Below are positions 40,207-49,578 of a DNA stretch of 64,000 bases, piece by piece. The notes beneath the pieces are model-generated. The model was not told the origin of the DNA, searched no databases, and was given only the letters and a program-made list of their open reading frames with translations. The translations under genes and the position numbers were made by a program. Within the stretch, counting starts at the first letter, position 1. Every line of letters begins with the position of its first letter. The DNA is from a virus, in the IMG/VR virus record IMGVR_UViG_3300008448_000009, positions 55,282 to 119,281 of that record; one strand, written 5' to 3'.

Positions 40207-40527
40207 TTATAAATTTTTTATCTTTTCGTAAAGTCTTTGAAGCTCAGGTGATTTATCTTTGATGTCGGATATAACTTCTATGCAAACATCGTTAGGGTCA
40301 GATTCTTCAGTTAGTTTATATTGAAGTTCTTTGACTTTAAGCATGTTTTTTAAAGTGTTTTTAAGCTCTAAAATTACTTGGTTATAAGTTACCCAAGCTT
40401 GTCTAATTTTAGTCGTTCCTGAAGCTAAATTTTCAATTAATACGTCTTCATACTTATGTTCTAGGTACGAATCAAAGTTCCCATAGTTTTCTCTTAGAAC
40501 TTTACGTATTTTTTTCTTCAGGTCCAT
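40207..40527 (-). CDS. hypothetical protein with KKIRKVLRE leader
   Basis: 106 aa; paralog of neighbour. Confidence 0.6.
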   Translation of the reverse strand: MDLKKKIRKVLRENYGNFDSYLEHKYEDVLIENLASGTTKIRQAWVTYNQVILELKNTLKNMLKVKELQYKLTEESDPNDVCIEVISDIKDKSPELQRLYEKIKNL

Positions 40528-40535
40528 ACAACATG

Positions 40536-40874
40536 TTATTTAAGTGGTACGTTTTTAGATAACATAAAGTTGTCGGTTATTGTCCCATCAACCCAATCTC
40601 TGATTACTTGTTGAGTGAATTCTTCACCCATATTGTATTTGTTTTTCATATACTCATACAATGCTCTTGGAGATATAAGTTCTTCATCTAAATTTACTTT
40701 GAACATTGGCATAGCATCATATTCACCACCTTCGCGAACATAGTTCTCAGTTGGTGAGTAGTTTGCATCCAAATCTTCTTTCATCCTTTTAACCATACTA
40801 GTGAACGCGGTTTCCACCAAACGTTGCTGTAGTCTGTTGTATTGTGCTTCTGTTATAATTAATTTTGTACTCAT
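40536..40874 (-). CDS. hypothetical late protein with KLIITE leader
   Basis: Late motif 40879. Confidence 0.6.
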   Translation of the reverse strand: MSTKLIITEAQYNRLQQRLVETAFTSMVKRMKEDLDANYSPTENYVREGGEYDAMPMFKVNLDEELISPRALYEYMKNKYNMGEEFTQQVIRDWVDGTITDNFMLSKNVPLK

Positions 40875-40947
40875 AACTATAAATATCTAACTAATAAAAA
40901 AAGGCCCACAATGTGGACCTTTTCTTTCTAAAAACCTAAAATAATAC

Positions 40948-41268
40948 TTAATTTAACAAAGCATTAATTGCTGTTTCATAATTTCCTTTAGGTTCCACAC
41001 CCACTTTTCTTTCCACTACTTCTCCGTCTTTGAAAATAAGAACTGTTGGAATACCTCTAACAGCATATTTTGCCGCCAATTCCTGATTTTCTTCAACGTT
41101 AACTTTTGCTATCGTAACATCTTTACCTTCATATTCTGTAGATAATGTGTCTATTACTGGTACCAACATTCTACACGGACCACACCAAGGTGCCCAGAAA
41201 TCTAATACTGTTACCGATTTTTCATTTAAAACATCCTCGATGTTCCCGCCATTTACTTCTAATGCCAT
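40948..41268 (-). CDS. trxA: thioredoxin
   Basis: DFWAPWCGPC, VRGIPT. Confidence 0.93.
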   Translation of the reverse strand: MALEVNGGNIEDVLNEKSVTVLDFWAPWCGPCRMLVPVIDTLSTEYEGKDVTIAKVNVEENQELAAKYAVRGIPTVLIFKDGEVVERKVGVEPKGNYETAINALLN

Positions 41269-41328
41269 TTACTTAATTTTTTTTTATTGTTATAATTATA
41301 AATATACTAAACATAACCCAAAATATCA

Positions 41329-41580
41329 ATGTCAGATACAAGAATTATTTATAATTTTTTAACCAATGAGTTTCAAAACGACCATCCAGTGGTTTATTTA
41401 TATGTTTGCGGACAAGAACGAAGCCAAACAGCAGCCGTTAACAAAGGGTTAGCTCTATTAAAGGATATTTTTTGTCCACCATATACAGTTGTTTATTTAA
41501 AAGAACTTCTTGTAGAATATCTAGATATTAAAAAAGAAGACTATAAAAATGGTAAAATACGTGTCAAACCCTTATATTAA
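41329..41580 (+). CDS. hypothetical protein
   Basis: 83 aa ORF. Confidence 0.45.
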   Translation: MSDTRIIYNFLTNEFQNDHPVVYLYVCGQERSQTAAVNKGLALLKDIFCPPYTVVYLKELLVEYLDIKKEDYKNGKIRVKPLY

Positions 41581-41882
41581 TTGAACGCTAACGGAAAACA
41601 ATCCTTCATCTGTCTAACATACAATTCAAACTCATTAATCTTATCACATCCAAAAAACTCAATTATATATTTAAAACCAGTTTTATCGTCTAACCCATAA
41701 ATTAAATCCAAAACATTCAAAAGGTTAATCAAATCACCCTTTTCCCTTAAACTTAAATCACCAGTAGTCATAGATAGATAAAAACTTTTACAATAATTGT
41801 GATATGTCGAAAAATTTGTTTTACCAAATAGTTTAAACGATTCTTCACATATTGTCAAATAAATATAATTATTGAGTTTCAT
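41577..41882 (-). CDS. hypothetical protein
   Basis: TAnnTTTG promoter at 41897. Confidence 0.5.
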   Translation of the reverse strand: MKLNNYIYLTICEESFKLFGKTNFSTYHNYCKSFYLSMTTGDLSLREKGDLINLLNVLDLIYGLDDKTGFKYIIEFFGCDKINEFELYVRQMKDCFPLAFN

Positions 41883-41948
41883 TTCAACTTATTTTTGCAA
41901 AGATACGAATAATTATCCAAACTACAAAATATTTATAATAAAAAAATT

Positions 41949-42194
41949 ATGCTAACACAAAAAGATACCGACATGGCGCTAAACTTCCTTAAAAAAAACT
42001 ATCCAGTTTTAAGGATGAAAGACAAAGATAGGTTCAAGCGCGCAATCGTAACTGACGGTGGTTTTATTTTTTATCTTAACGATAAAAACGTCTATAAAAA
42101 AATAAAAGTACATCTTAATTATTCATTAAAAATCGTTTTCGATATGGATTATGAAACAGCCGAAAACGTTTTGGACGAATTTTTTGGGTTGTAG
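41949..42194 (+). CDS. hypothetical protein
   Basis: Late motif 41929. Confidence 0.55.
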   Translation: MLTQKDTDMALNFLKKNYPVLRMKDKDRFKRAIVTDGGFIFYLNDKNVYKKIKVHLNYSLKIVFDMDYETAENVLDEFFGL

Positions 42195-42231
42195 GTATTG
42201 ATTAATTTAGTTTAATTCGTTATATTTATAC

Positions 42232-42684
42232 ATGGCAAATTTAAACTTTAAAACAGACCTTATATTAGGCAACGAAGGCGAACAAAGTCTCGTTGAATAC
42301 CTAACAACCAAAGGGTTATCATTTGTGGATTCAAACGATGATAATCGCTATGACATTAAAATGTTAAAAAATAATAAAGAAGTAACCTACGAAGTTAAAA
42401 CTGACGTAAAATGTGCACCATTATTTGATACTGGGAATATATTTGTTGAGTATGAATCAAGAGGCAAAGCATCAGGTATTAGCGTTACACAAGCTGATTG
42501 GTTTGTAACTTATTTTCTATACTTTGATGAATTGTGGTTTATCAAATCAGAAACTCTAAAACAACTTATTAATACCAATGATTTCCCAAAATTCATGAAC
42601 GCTGGTGATATCGGCAGCGAAACACACGGTTACCTAATAAAAAGAAAAGATTTCAAAAAATACTTTCATGTGTGCAAAATCTAA
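42232..42684 (+). CDS. PD-(D/E)XK nuclease-fold protein
   Basis: GNEGE..YDI..YEVKTD..NIFVEY. Confidence 0.65.
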   Translation: MANLNFKTDLILGNEGEQSLVEYLTTKGLSFVDSNDDNRYDIKMLKNNKEVTYEVKTDVKCAPLFDTGNIFVEYESRGKASGISVTQADWFVTYFLYFDELWFIKSETLKQLINTNDFPKFMNAGDIGSETHGYLIKRKDFKKYFHVCKI

Positions 42685-43297
42685 ACCAAAATTACTAGTA
42701 GAACTAGTTCCAACAACTTGCCATTATAGCAACGTAAGAAGTACCCTAACAACCGAACAATGGGATAAAATAAGACGACTATCATACGAGGCCGCTGGCA
42801 ACGTGTGTGAAATATGTGGTGACACTGGTAAAAAACAAGGATATCGACACAACGTAGAATGCCATGAAATATGGGAATACGATGACGAAAACCACATACA
42901 AAAACTTGCTGGTCTTATTTCATTATGCCCAACATGTCATAGCGTAAAACACATCGGCCGAGCCATAGCTATCGGAAAAGAAAAAGTTTGTTTTGCTCAG
43001 TTGGCAAAAGTAAACAAATGGACCCCAGAACAAATCCAAGAACACATCGTAGAGTCATTTAAACTACATAAGACGCGCTCAAAACATAAATGGGGATTAG
43101 ACCTTAGTTTGCTATCAGAAGAGCCCTATAACATTAAATTAAAAGAAACTGGGGAAAGAATCTTCGAGGTTAAAAAATACAAAAAGGTTAAAAAGAAAAA
43201 AGACCCAAATGCTCCAAAGAAAATACACCCAAAAGCCAAAATAGCCGCAGTGCTTAAACCCAAAAAACCTACAAACAAAAGACCACCTAAAAAATAA
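42668..43297 (+). CDS. HNH-like endonuclease with basic tail
   Basis: CEICG..VECHEIW..LCPTCHSVKH. Confidence 0.7.
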   Translation: MCAKSKPKLLVELVPTTCHYSNVRSTLTTEQWDKIRRLSYEAAGNVCEICGDTGKKQGYRHNVECHEIWEYDDENHIQKLAGLISLCPTCHSVKHIGRAIAIGKEKVCFAQLAKVNKWTPEQIQEHIVESFKLHKTRSKHKWGLDLSLLSEEPYNIKLKETGERIFEVKKYKKVKKKKDPNAPKKIHPKAKIAAVLKPKKPTNKRPPKK

Positions 43298-43304
43298 AAA
43301 AGGG

Positions 43305-43604
43305 CTACATGTTAGCCCTTTTTCTTAACGTTTCTATTAGCTCTTTCATCTTGGCATCATCAGCCAACATACCTTTAAATTTCTCAGTACGTTCACCAGT
43401 TTCAGAATCCCACGCAACATTGCAGTTAGGACATTGATAATGAATCTTTTCACCAGAATTCCAAGATTCACCATCGGAACTTTCAAGTCGTACTAGTTTA
43501 CTAGTTGGTTTGTTATCTCTATTTAAACCACCATCCCAATCATGGTCACACTCAGGACACTTGCCACAAAAATTTGTTTCGTTAATCAAATAATTTTCTT
43601 TCAT
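43305..43604 (-). CDS. zinc-ribbon protein
   Basis: CPEC..CPNC; ATG 43604 after TAnnTTTG at 43619. Confidence 0.6.
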   Translation of the reverse strand: MKENYLINETNFCGKCPECDHDWDGGLNRDNKPTSKLVRLESSDGESWNSGEKIHYQCPNCNVAWDSETGERTEKFKGMLADDAKMKELIETLRKRANM

Positions 43605-43670
43605 ATTTTTCTTTTTGACAAATATAGTAATTTTAATCAAAAAAGCAAATATTTATAATAAAAATTAAGA

Positions 43671-44528
43671 ATGAAATTATTTTTGCGCAAAAATATCATT
43701 ATAGAAAATTATTCAAAACCCATTACAAATCAATTGGATGAAATCGAAGAAATAGCCAAAGCTCTTCCAGCAACTATAAACAGCGAAATAAAAATCCCAC
43801 AAGATGTAATCAACAGTTTTGAAATAAAACCTACACTAAATCCTGAATTCTGGACCGACGATAAACTAAACCCAGACATCAGAGAAACCCTATTGACAAT
43901 AGCTACAGATTTTTTTGAAGGTCTTGAATTACCATCAAACGTAAAAATCAAAGATATAGTGTTCACTGGCAGCCTAGCCAACTTTAATTGGTCAAAATTC
44001 TCTGACGTGGATTTACACATAGTACTAGACTTCGGACAAATAGAAGGTAACGATGAATTAATACAAAAATTCTTCGACGCTCAAAAAAACCTATGGAATC
44101 TTAAACACAATATCACAATCCATAATTTCCCAGTGGAGATATACGCACAAGACTCTAAAAGCAAATTACACGCCACAGCGGTCTATAGTGTTAAAAATGA
44201 CAAGTGGATATTAAAACCATCAAAAGAAGAGTTTAAAATCAATAAAAATGTAATCAGAAACAAAGCTCTAAAGTTCGTTGCAAAACTAAAAGAAATCAGA
44301 AAAGATTACAACAACCAAGACTACCTTGGCGCTATCGAAAAAGCAGAAGCTCTAGGTAAAAAAATAAAAAACTATAGAACCAGCGGCTTAGAAGGTGGTG
44401 GTGAATACTCTATGGAAAATCTAGTATTTAAAGTGTTGAGAAGAAGTCCGTTTATGGAAATACTTAATGATTACAAAGCCAAAGCATACGACGCTGAACA
44501 ATCGCTAGAAGAAGATATGATGTTATAA
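43671..44528 (+). CDS. Pol beta-superfamily nucleotidyltransferase
   Basis: TGSLANFNWSKFSDVDLHI (GS..DxD) and PVEIY; late motif 43649. Confidence 0.75.
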   Translation: MKLFLRKNIIIENYSKPITNQLDEIEEIAKALPATINSEIKIPQDVINSFEIKPTLNPEFWTDDKLNPDIRETLLTIATDFFEGLELPSNVKIKDIVFTGSLANFNWSKFSDVDLHIVLDFGQIEGNDELIQKFFDAQKNLWNLKHNITIHNFPVEIYAQDSKSKLHATAVYSVKNDKWILKPSKEEFKINKNVIRNKALKFVAKLKEIRKDYNNQDYLGAIEKAEALGKKIKNYRTSGLEGGGEYSMENLVFKVLRRSPFMEILNDYKAKAYDAEQSLEEDMML

Positions 44529-44555
44529 AAAAAAGGGGCTATAGCCCCTTTTGTT

Positions 44556-45785
44556 TTAGAATGGTAATTGAGGGTCAAATTCAAAAATATCTGTTACATC
44601 CTCTTCAACTTCTATATCATAAGCTTCCATGTCTTTTTCAGCCATAAACTTTTCTATCCAACCATCAACTTCATCTTTTAACTCTTTAGGAGCGTCATGA
44701 TTACATACACCTCTTAATTGACCAGTGTAAAGTGTTTTGTATTTTGGTCTAGATTCTAACGGTATTCTCCAGTTGGTTCCATGTACCAATTCTAACGTAT
44801 AGTCGCCAACTCTGTATATTGCACATTGACCTCTTTCAACACTGCTAATATACGTAGCAACACAATGATGTTGTTTGATACCCTCACGAACAATATCATG
44901 ATTGGTTTTAAGTATTTCATAACCACTGTAGTTAGCAAAATCCGAATATATTTGTTTGATTTTTAAATCGGTCAAAGGTTGTGTCTCCAAAACAATATAA
45001 GAAATCTCTTTGGCCCATTCATCGTGTTCTTGTTTTAAACGTCTAAGACTCCATGAACAATTAACCCTTTTGTTAAGAGTCTTGGCCATCTTGCATGTAT
45101 CAATAAAATAATGACTGTTATAGATTTCAGACTTTAAACTGTCAATGTTTATAAGATACTGACGCATCTCTTTCCATATTTTTACCTTGTCATAAAAAGA
45201 ATATTCTTGAGGGTTGGGTTTGGTAATAAGCTCAATAACGGGCCATGGCGCTTTAAAGATTTTTTTAAGTATTTTCTTTTCGTTAAATAACTTCTCAGTC
45301 ACTATGGTGTTCAATGAAATACTGTAACCGTTGGTGGATTCTAGGATATTTCGTATCCATCCAAATCTTTCTTTAAGAAAAACAAAAGCTTCTTTAGAAT
45401 AACCATTGGGGTTATATCTTAAATAAGAATGTGTCGGAACTGTAAAGCTGCTACCACTTTTAATATAAAACTTTTTCTTGACATATAAAAATTGATTGGT
45501 TAATTTTTCATGATTGTACATTATACCAGTTTTAGAAATACCATAGGTCTTTGTAAACTTGCAAATTTTGAAATCACCATTAGGATATTCAAACAAAACT
45601 TCTCTAGTGTGTGTGTAGTTGTTAGTGTTGCCACCTTTGTTAAAAAACAAAACCCTCGCTTTGTATTTATCTTTTTGATAGTTTTCAATCAACTCTTTTA
45701 GCAAAGGTTGAACAGTTTCAGTCAACAATCTCCACGTAGGTTCACCACGGTCAGAAAACACAGGTTCTTTTACTTTTTTTGCCAT
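44556..45785 (-). CDS. PcfJ-like domain protein
   Basis: EHDEW..EGIKQHHCVATY..YTLEL..QLRGVCN. Confidence 0.7.
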   Translation of the reverse strand: MAKKVKEPVFSDRGEPTWRLLTETVQPLLKELIENYQKDKYKARVLFFNKGGNTNNYTHTREVLFEYPNGDFKICKFTKTYGISKTGIMYNHEKLTNQFLYVKKKFYIKSGSSFTVPTHSYLRYNPNGYSKEAFVFLKERFGWIRNILESTNGYSISLNTIVTEKLFNEKKILKKIFKAPWPVIELITKPNPQEYSFYDKVKIWKEMRQYLINIDSLKSEIYNSHYFIDTCKMAKTLNKRVNCSWSLRRLKQEHDEWAKEISYIVLETQPLTDLKIKQIYSDFANYSGYEILKTNHDIVREGIKQHHCVATYISSVERGQCAIYRVGDYTLELVHGTNWRIPLESRPKYKTLYTGQLRGVCNHDAPKELKDEVDGWIEKFMAEKDMEAYDIEVEEDVTDIFEFDPQLPF

Positions 45786-45836
45786 ATTATAGATTTTTAG
45801 AATACAAATATACCAATAAAAATCTAAACTAACAAA

Positions 45837-47075
45837 TTATTTCTTCTCAATTTTAAATTTATGTATCTTTTCATAAGAATCAAAACCACTCTTGTATATC
45901 AACTCTTGAACCTTCTCAAAAGTATAACGATTCAATAAATAATTTATGAAGTCGTAGATTCTTTTGCCTTCTTGTCTATAGTCAAAAAATACATTCATAT
46001 CATCACTAGATAAATAACCACCATAGTTGATAGTGTTAAAATAAATCCTAGTCTTTTCCAATAGAACATTTTTGGCCAATACCCAATTACCTTCATAATC
46101 ATATTCATACAAGAAAAATGATTTGGTGTAATCTTTAAACACTCCTTTGGGTTTAATCCCAAACAACTTGATGTCAATCAAATCACCAATGTTTGAAACA
46201 CCCCATTTTCTCATGTCCTTAACCAATAATTTTACATCATCCCTAAACTTGCCACCAACACCACGCTTGAAGTAATTGTGGAAATCTGCCGACAACGAAC
46301 TAACAATATCCTGTTTGTAATAATACATCTTACGCATTCTTTCATAAACCTTGTCAGCTTCAGAATACTCAAAACCACTTGTGGCAATAAATTCATTGAA
46401 ATCATCAATAAACTTATCATACCCACCATCGTTAAAATACTCAGGCTTAACCATCAACACAGCAATAACATCCATAAGATTTACCTTGGGTTCATAATTA
46501 GAATCACGCTCCTCATAATCGTTACCAATAGATAATATCTTATCGTTGATGAGATTGGTTTTCTTTACCATATCATTAGGACTACCATAAACGTTGATTG
46601 GAATATTTTTAGATTCACCCAAAGCCAATACCTTCTTGATTCTAAAAACATTCGCTTCAGTATAATCAGTAACAATATCTATCCTAAGAATATACCTAGA
46701 AGCATTTTCAATAACTGGCTTGTCAGTAACAAGCCTATCCTCATACTCAAACGCATCACCGTTAGGCATACCTTTTAAACCCCAATAATCAACAGGGATG
46801 GATTTATAATTATTGTTTAGTTTATTACCATCAAAAACAATTCTAGCCAAAGTAGACCCACGCTGACCAAAAGCCAATTTAGGTGAACCAGTTCTGGACA
46901 AAGACAAAAAGAAAAATTTATCACCCTTCTTGTCAGCTTGAGTTCCAAGATTGCTAGATAAATTAATTTTGTCAGTTTCCAATATGTTTATAATGTTCTG
47001 CAAATAAGTAGCATGAAACTCTTCAGGTGATAAACCTTCAGTTATTAATTGATTATATAATGGTAATATTTTCAT
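45837..47075 (-). CDS. putative ADP-ribosyltransferase-fold protein with LITE leader
   Basis: FHAT...LSLSR...EYEDR motif order. Confidence 0.5.
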   Translation of the reverse strand: MKILPLYNQLITEGLSPEEFHATYLQNIINILETDKINLSSNLGTQADKKGDKFFFLSLSRTGSPKLAFGQRGSTLARIVFDGNKLNNNYKSIPVDYWGLKGMPNGDAFEYEDRLVTDKPVIENASRYILRIDIVTDYTEANVFRIKKVLALGESKNIPINVYGSPNDMVKKTNLINDKILSIGNDYEERDSNYEPKVNLMDVIAVLMVKPEYFNDGGYDKFIDDFNEFIATSGFEYSEADKVYERMRKMYYYKQDIVSSLSADFHNYFKRGVGGKFRDDVKLLVKDMRKWGVSNIGDLIDIKLFGIKPKGVFKDYTKSFFLYEYDYEGNWVLAKNVLLEKTRIYFNTINYGGYLSSDDMNVFFDYRQEGKRIYDFINYLLNRYTFEKVQELIYKSGFDSYEKIHKFKIEKK

Positions 47076-47674
47076 TAGTTTCCTACACCTAAGTATTTAA
47101 ATTCAAAGTTAGGGTTTATCCACGTATTACCACCACCAGTTAATTTGTATATACGGTTGACAATAAGAGGTCTAAACGAAACACCAGAAGCACCAAAAGA
47201 AGGACTAGGTGGTTTTAAATACTGTTTGATAGCATCCTTGTCAATATGACTCCATTGACCATTGTCATAAATACTATATGAAGCCTCAGAACCAGTAGGG
47301 ATAATAGGCAAATACTCACCAGACTTTCCACTCTCAAGCATTTCATACCCATCAATCTTCTCATACGTACCACTACGAGCACCAATATCCACTGGACCAA
47401 AATTTACTCTGCCAACAGCCTTGGCATACGTGTCTTTCCATCTAAAAATAAAACGAGTGTTCTTGAACAATTTGTCATACATAGGATTAGGTTGTTTTAT
47501 ACCATTCTCATCAATATACGTTTTGTTCATATAAGAATTCATACTGGCAGTGTAATAAGCTGTACCCACAGTCATGGATTTAGGGTCTTGGTCCAAAAAC
47601 TCACGTATGTTGTTGGTGTAATTCTCCTCAGCCAAAAGGCTTTCTCTAAGCAATTTTTTAATTATGTTTTTCAT
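47075..47674 (-). CDS. hypothetical protein with MKNIIKKLLRE leader
   Basis: ATG 47674 after late motif 47694-47701. Confidence 0.65.
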   Translation of the reverse strand: MKNIIKKLLRESLLAEENYTNNIREFLDQDPKSMTVGTAYYTASMNSYMNKTYIDENGIKQPNPMYDKLFKNTRFIFRWKDTYAKAVGRVNFGPVDIGARSGTYEKIDGYEMLESGKSGEYLPIIPTGSEASYSIYDNGQWSHIDKDAIKQYLKPPSPSFGASGVSFRPLIVNRIYKLTGGGNTWINPNFEFKYLGVGN

Positions 47675-47714
47675 GATTTTAATCCGTTTATACATAAATA
47701 TAAACCCATGTATA

Positions 47715-47970
47715 AAAAAAGCCATATCCCCTTTTTTAAAGCCAAAAAATTCCCAAAAAAAATTTTTTGAAAAACCCATACAAAATATTTTATTTCGAAA
47801 ATTTCCCCATGAAAAAAAAAATCGGTAACATGCATATAAGGACCTCTTATTTTAAAACCAAAAAAATTTCCCAGGAAAAATTTCGCACACAGCATCATGG
47901 GCCGTGGTCTGCCCACATATGGGGGTACGGGGGGAGGGCGGTAACGGGGGAGGAGGGGTATAGGGAGGGG
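47715..47970. other. A/T-tract array followed by G-tract cluster (possible terminus/packaging or origin element)
   Basis: Repeated AAAAATT(T)CCC, then seven G-runs of 3-6 nt in 47921-47970. Confidence 0.55.
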
Positions 47971-48077
47971 TATGCTGCACGATTTTCAGTTTTAAGTATC
48001 TTATATCCATATAAGACAAACGTGGCTTAAAACGTCTTATTTGCGGTCAAGTCAAATAAATGATATATGCAAATAAA

Positions 48078-48151
48078 GTTATTAACAATTTATGTAGTTA
48101 TTAACATTTGACAAAAACAAAAAAAGTTATTAACAACTTAATGTTAATAAC
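48078..48151. repeat. four GTTATTAACA boxes (DnaA-box-like)
   Basis: 48078, 48097, 48126 direct; 48142 inverted. Confidence 0.65.
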
Positions 48152-48206
48152 TTTTATTTAGAATTAAAATAAATAAGGGACTTAAAAAAGTCCCTTATAA
48201 AAATTG

Positions 48207-48848
48207 CTATTCAAGTTCAATAGTATTACCTGAAAATTTCACGTTGGTAATGTTATCAACTTTGAAACGTCGCATACTATTTGTTGGTGCTTTACATTCT
48301 CTTTTGATTAGTTCTTTTGCAACGGTCAAAGGTGCTTTTTTCGTTGGCTTAAATTCGCCTTTCGTTTCAACTTCTTTACTTTCGCTTTTACCCACTATTG
48401 ACAATTTTAAAGTAGTGTAATTAAATACCAAAACTTTGTTTAAATAAAAGTCGTTTGTCTTTTTTGGTATTGGTGCTTCTTTCAATTTAGATAGTGCCAA
48501 TTCTAAACTATCTTTAACCTCTTTTTTGTATTCGGATAAGGTTAAACCATCTAAAATAATATTAGAATAGTTATAATCGTTAATATCGATTTTTGACAAA
48601 TCAACATTTTCAAAAGTTACTAAACTTCTTTGGATTGCTTTTTTGTAGTTCATTCCGATATTAATTAATTGGTTTGCTGTTTCAGTTCCGTTGCTAATAT
48701 CGGACTTATAACCATTAATTTTTAAATAACCTAAACCATATTCGTTGGTTTTTTCGATTAGTTCATTCAAAGTTTTTTCATTCAGTTTAGAATAAACTTT
48801 GATGATGTCAATCATAACTTGTTGAATTTGAGTGTTTTGTGTGTTCAT
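48207..48848 (-). CDS. hypothetical early protein
   Basis: 213 aa; promoter 48903; terminator 48174-48197. Confidence 0.65.
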   Translation of the reverse strand: MNTQNTQIQQVMIDIIKVYSKLNEKTLNELIEKTNEYGLGYLKINGYKSDISNGTETANQLINIGMNYKKAIQRSLVTFENVDLSKIDINDYNYSNIILDGLTLSEYKKEVKDSLELALSKLKEAPIPKKTNDFYLNKVLVFNYTTLKLSIVGKSESKEVETKGEFKPTKKAPLTVAKELIKRECKAPTNSMRRFKVDNITNVKFSGNTIELE

Positions 48849-49154
48849 TTGTAAGAAAATTTACGTTAATAATTGGTTTTTTGTACCACTTTGATACGAG
48901 TGCAAATATACAAAAATATATTAATATACAAACTTTTGTATAAATTTATTTAAAATTATTTTAAATCATACCTAAAACGCATTTTTAAGCGTTTTAAGGC
49001 ACTTTTTTAGGTGCAAAGGTATATAGATATAAAAACTTTGAGATAATCGAAATACGGCAAAATTGGCTTAAAATAAGGGTTTTCAGTTTGGTTGTTGCCA
49101 GAGTATAAACTGAAACAAATTTTTTTCTGTTGTATATACGCATACGCATATTAT

Positions 49155-49450
49155 ATAAACTTATTTAGAATTATTCTACATAACACAATTTTTGGTATTG
49201 CTGCAATAATCTTAAATAAACTTATTCGGTTTGCTGCTGCAATAATCTTAAATAAACTTATTTAGTTTTGATACGATATGATACGATATGATACGATTAT
49301 TATTCGGGTTCATTCAAATAAACTTATTCGGGTTCGGGTTCGGGTTCATTCGGTTCGGGTTCGGTTCGGGTTCATTCAAATAAACTTATTCGGGTTCATT
49401 CGGTTCGGTTCGGGTTCACGCGTGAGCGCCCGACACAAAAGTGTACATAA
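49155..49450. repeat. non-coding simple-repeat cluster
   Basis: 27-bp direct repeat at 49200 and 49236, GATACGATAT x3, (G)GGTTC runs, five ATAAACTTAT. Confidence 0.85.
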
Positions 49451-49578
49451 ATTGATTTTAAGGCGTTTTAAGGCGTTATTATTATTTAAACCTTATCGAT
49501 ATACCAAAACAATATAAAAGTCCTTTAAAACGCAAAAAAACCGCCTTTTGGGCGGTTTCTTGGTTTAAGTGGTTAAAC

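Noticed and set aside
42668-43297. Mobile homing endonuclease element
   Set aside because: No interrupted host gene or intron context; reported only as an HNH-like CDS
47671-48030. ORFs 47671..47916, 47767..48030 and the 5' extension of 47075..47779
   Set aside because: They cross A/T-tract and G-tract DNA with biased translations; a better start exists at 47674
49200-49420. Mini CRISPR array
   Set aside because: Intervening sequence is itself low-complexity repeat, with no unique spacers of constant length
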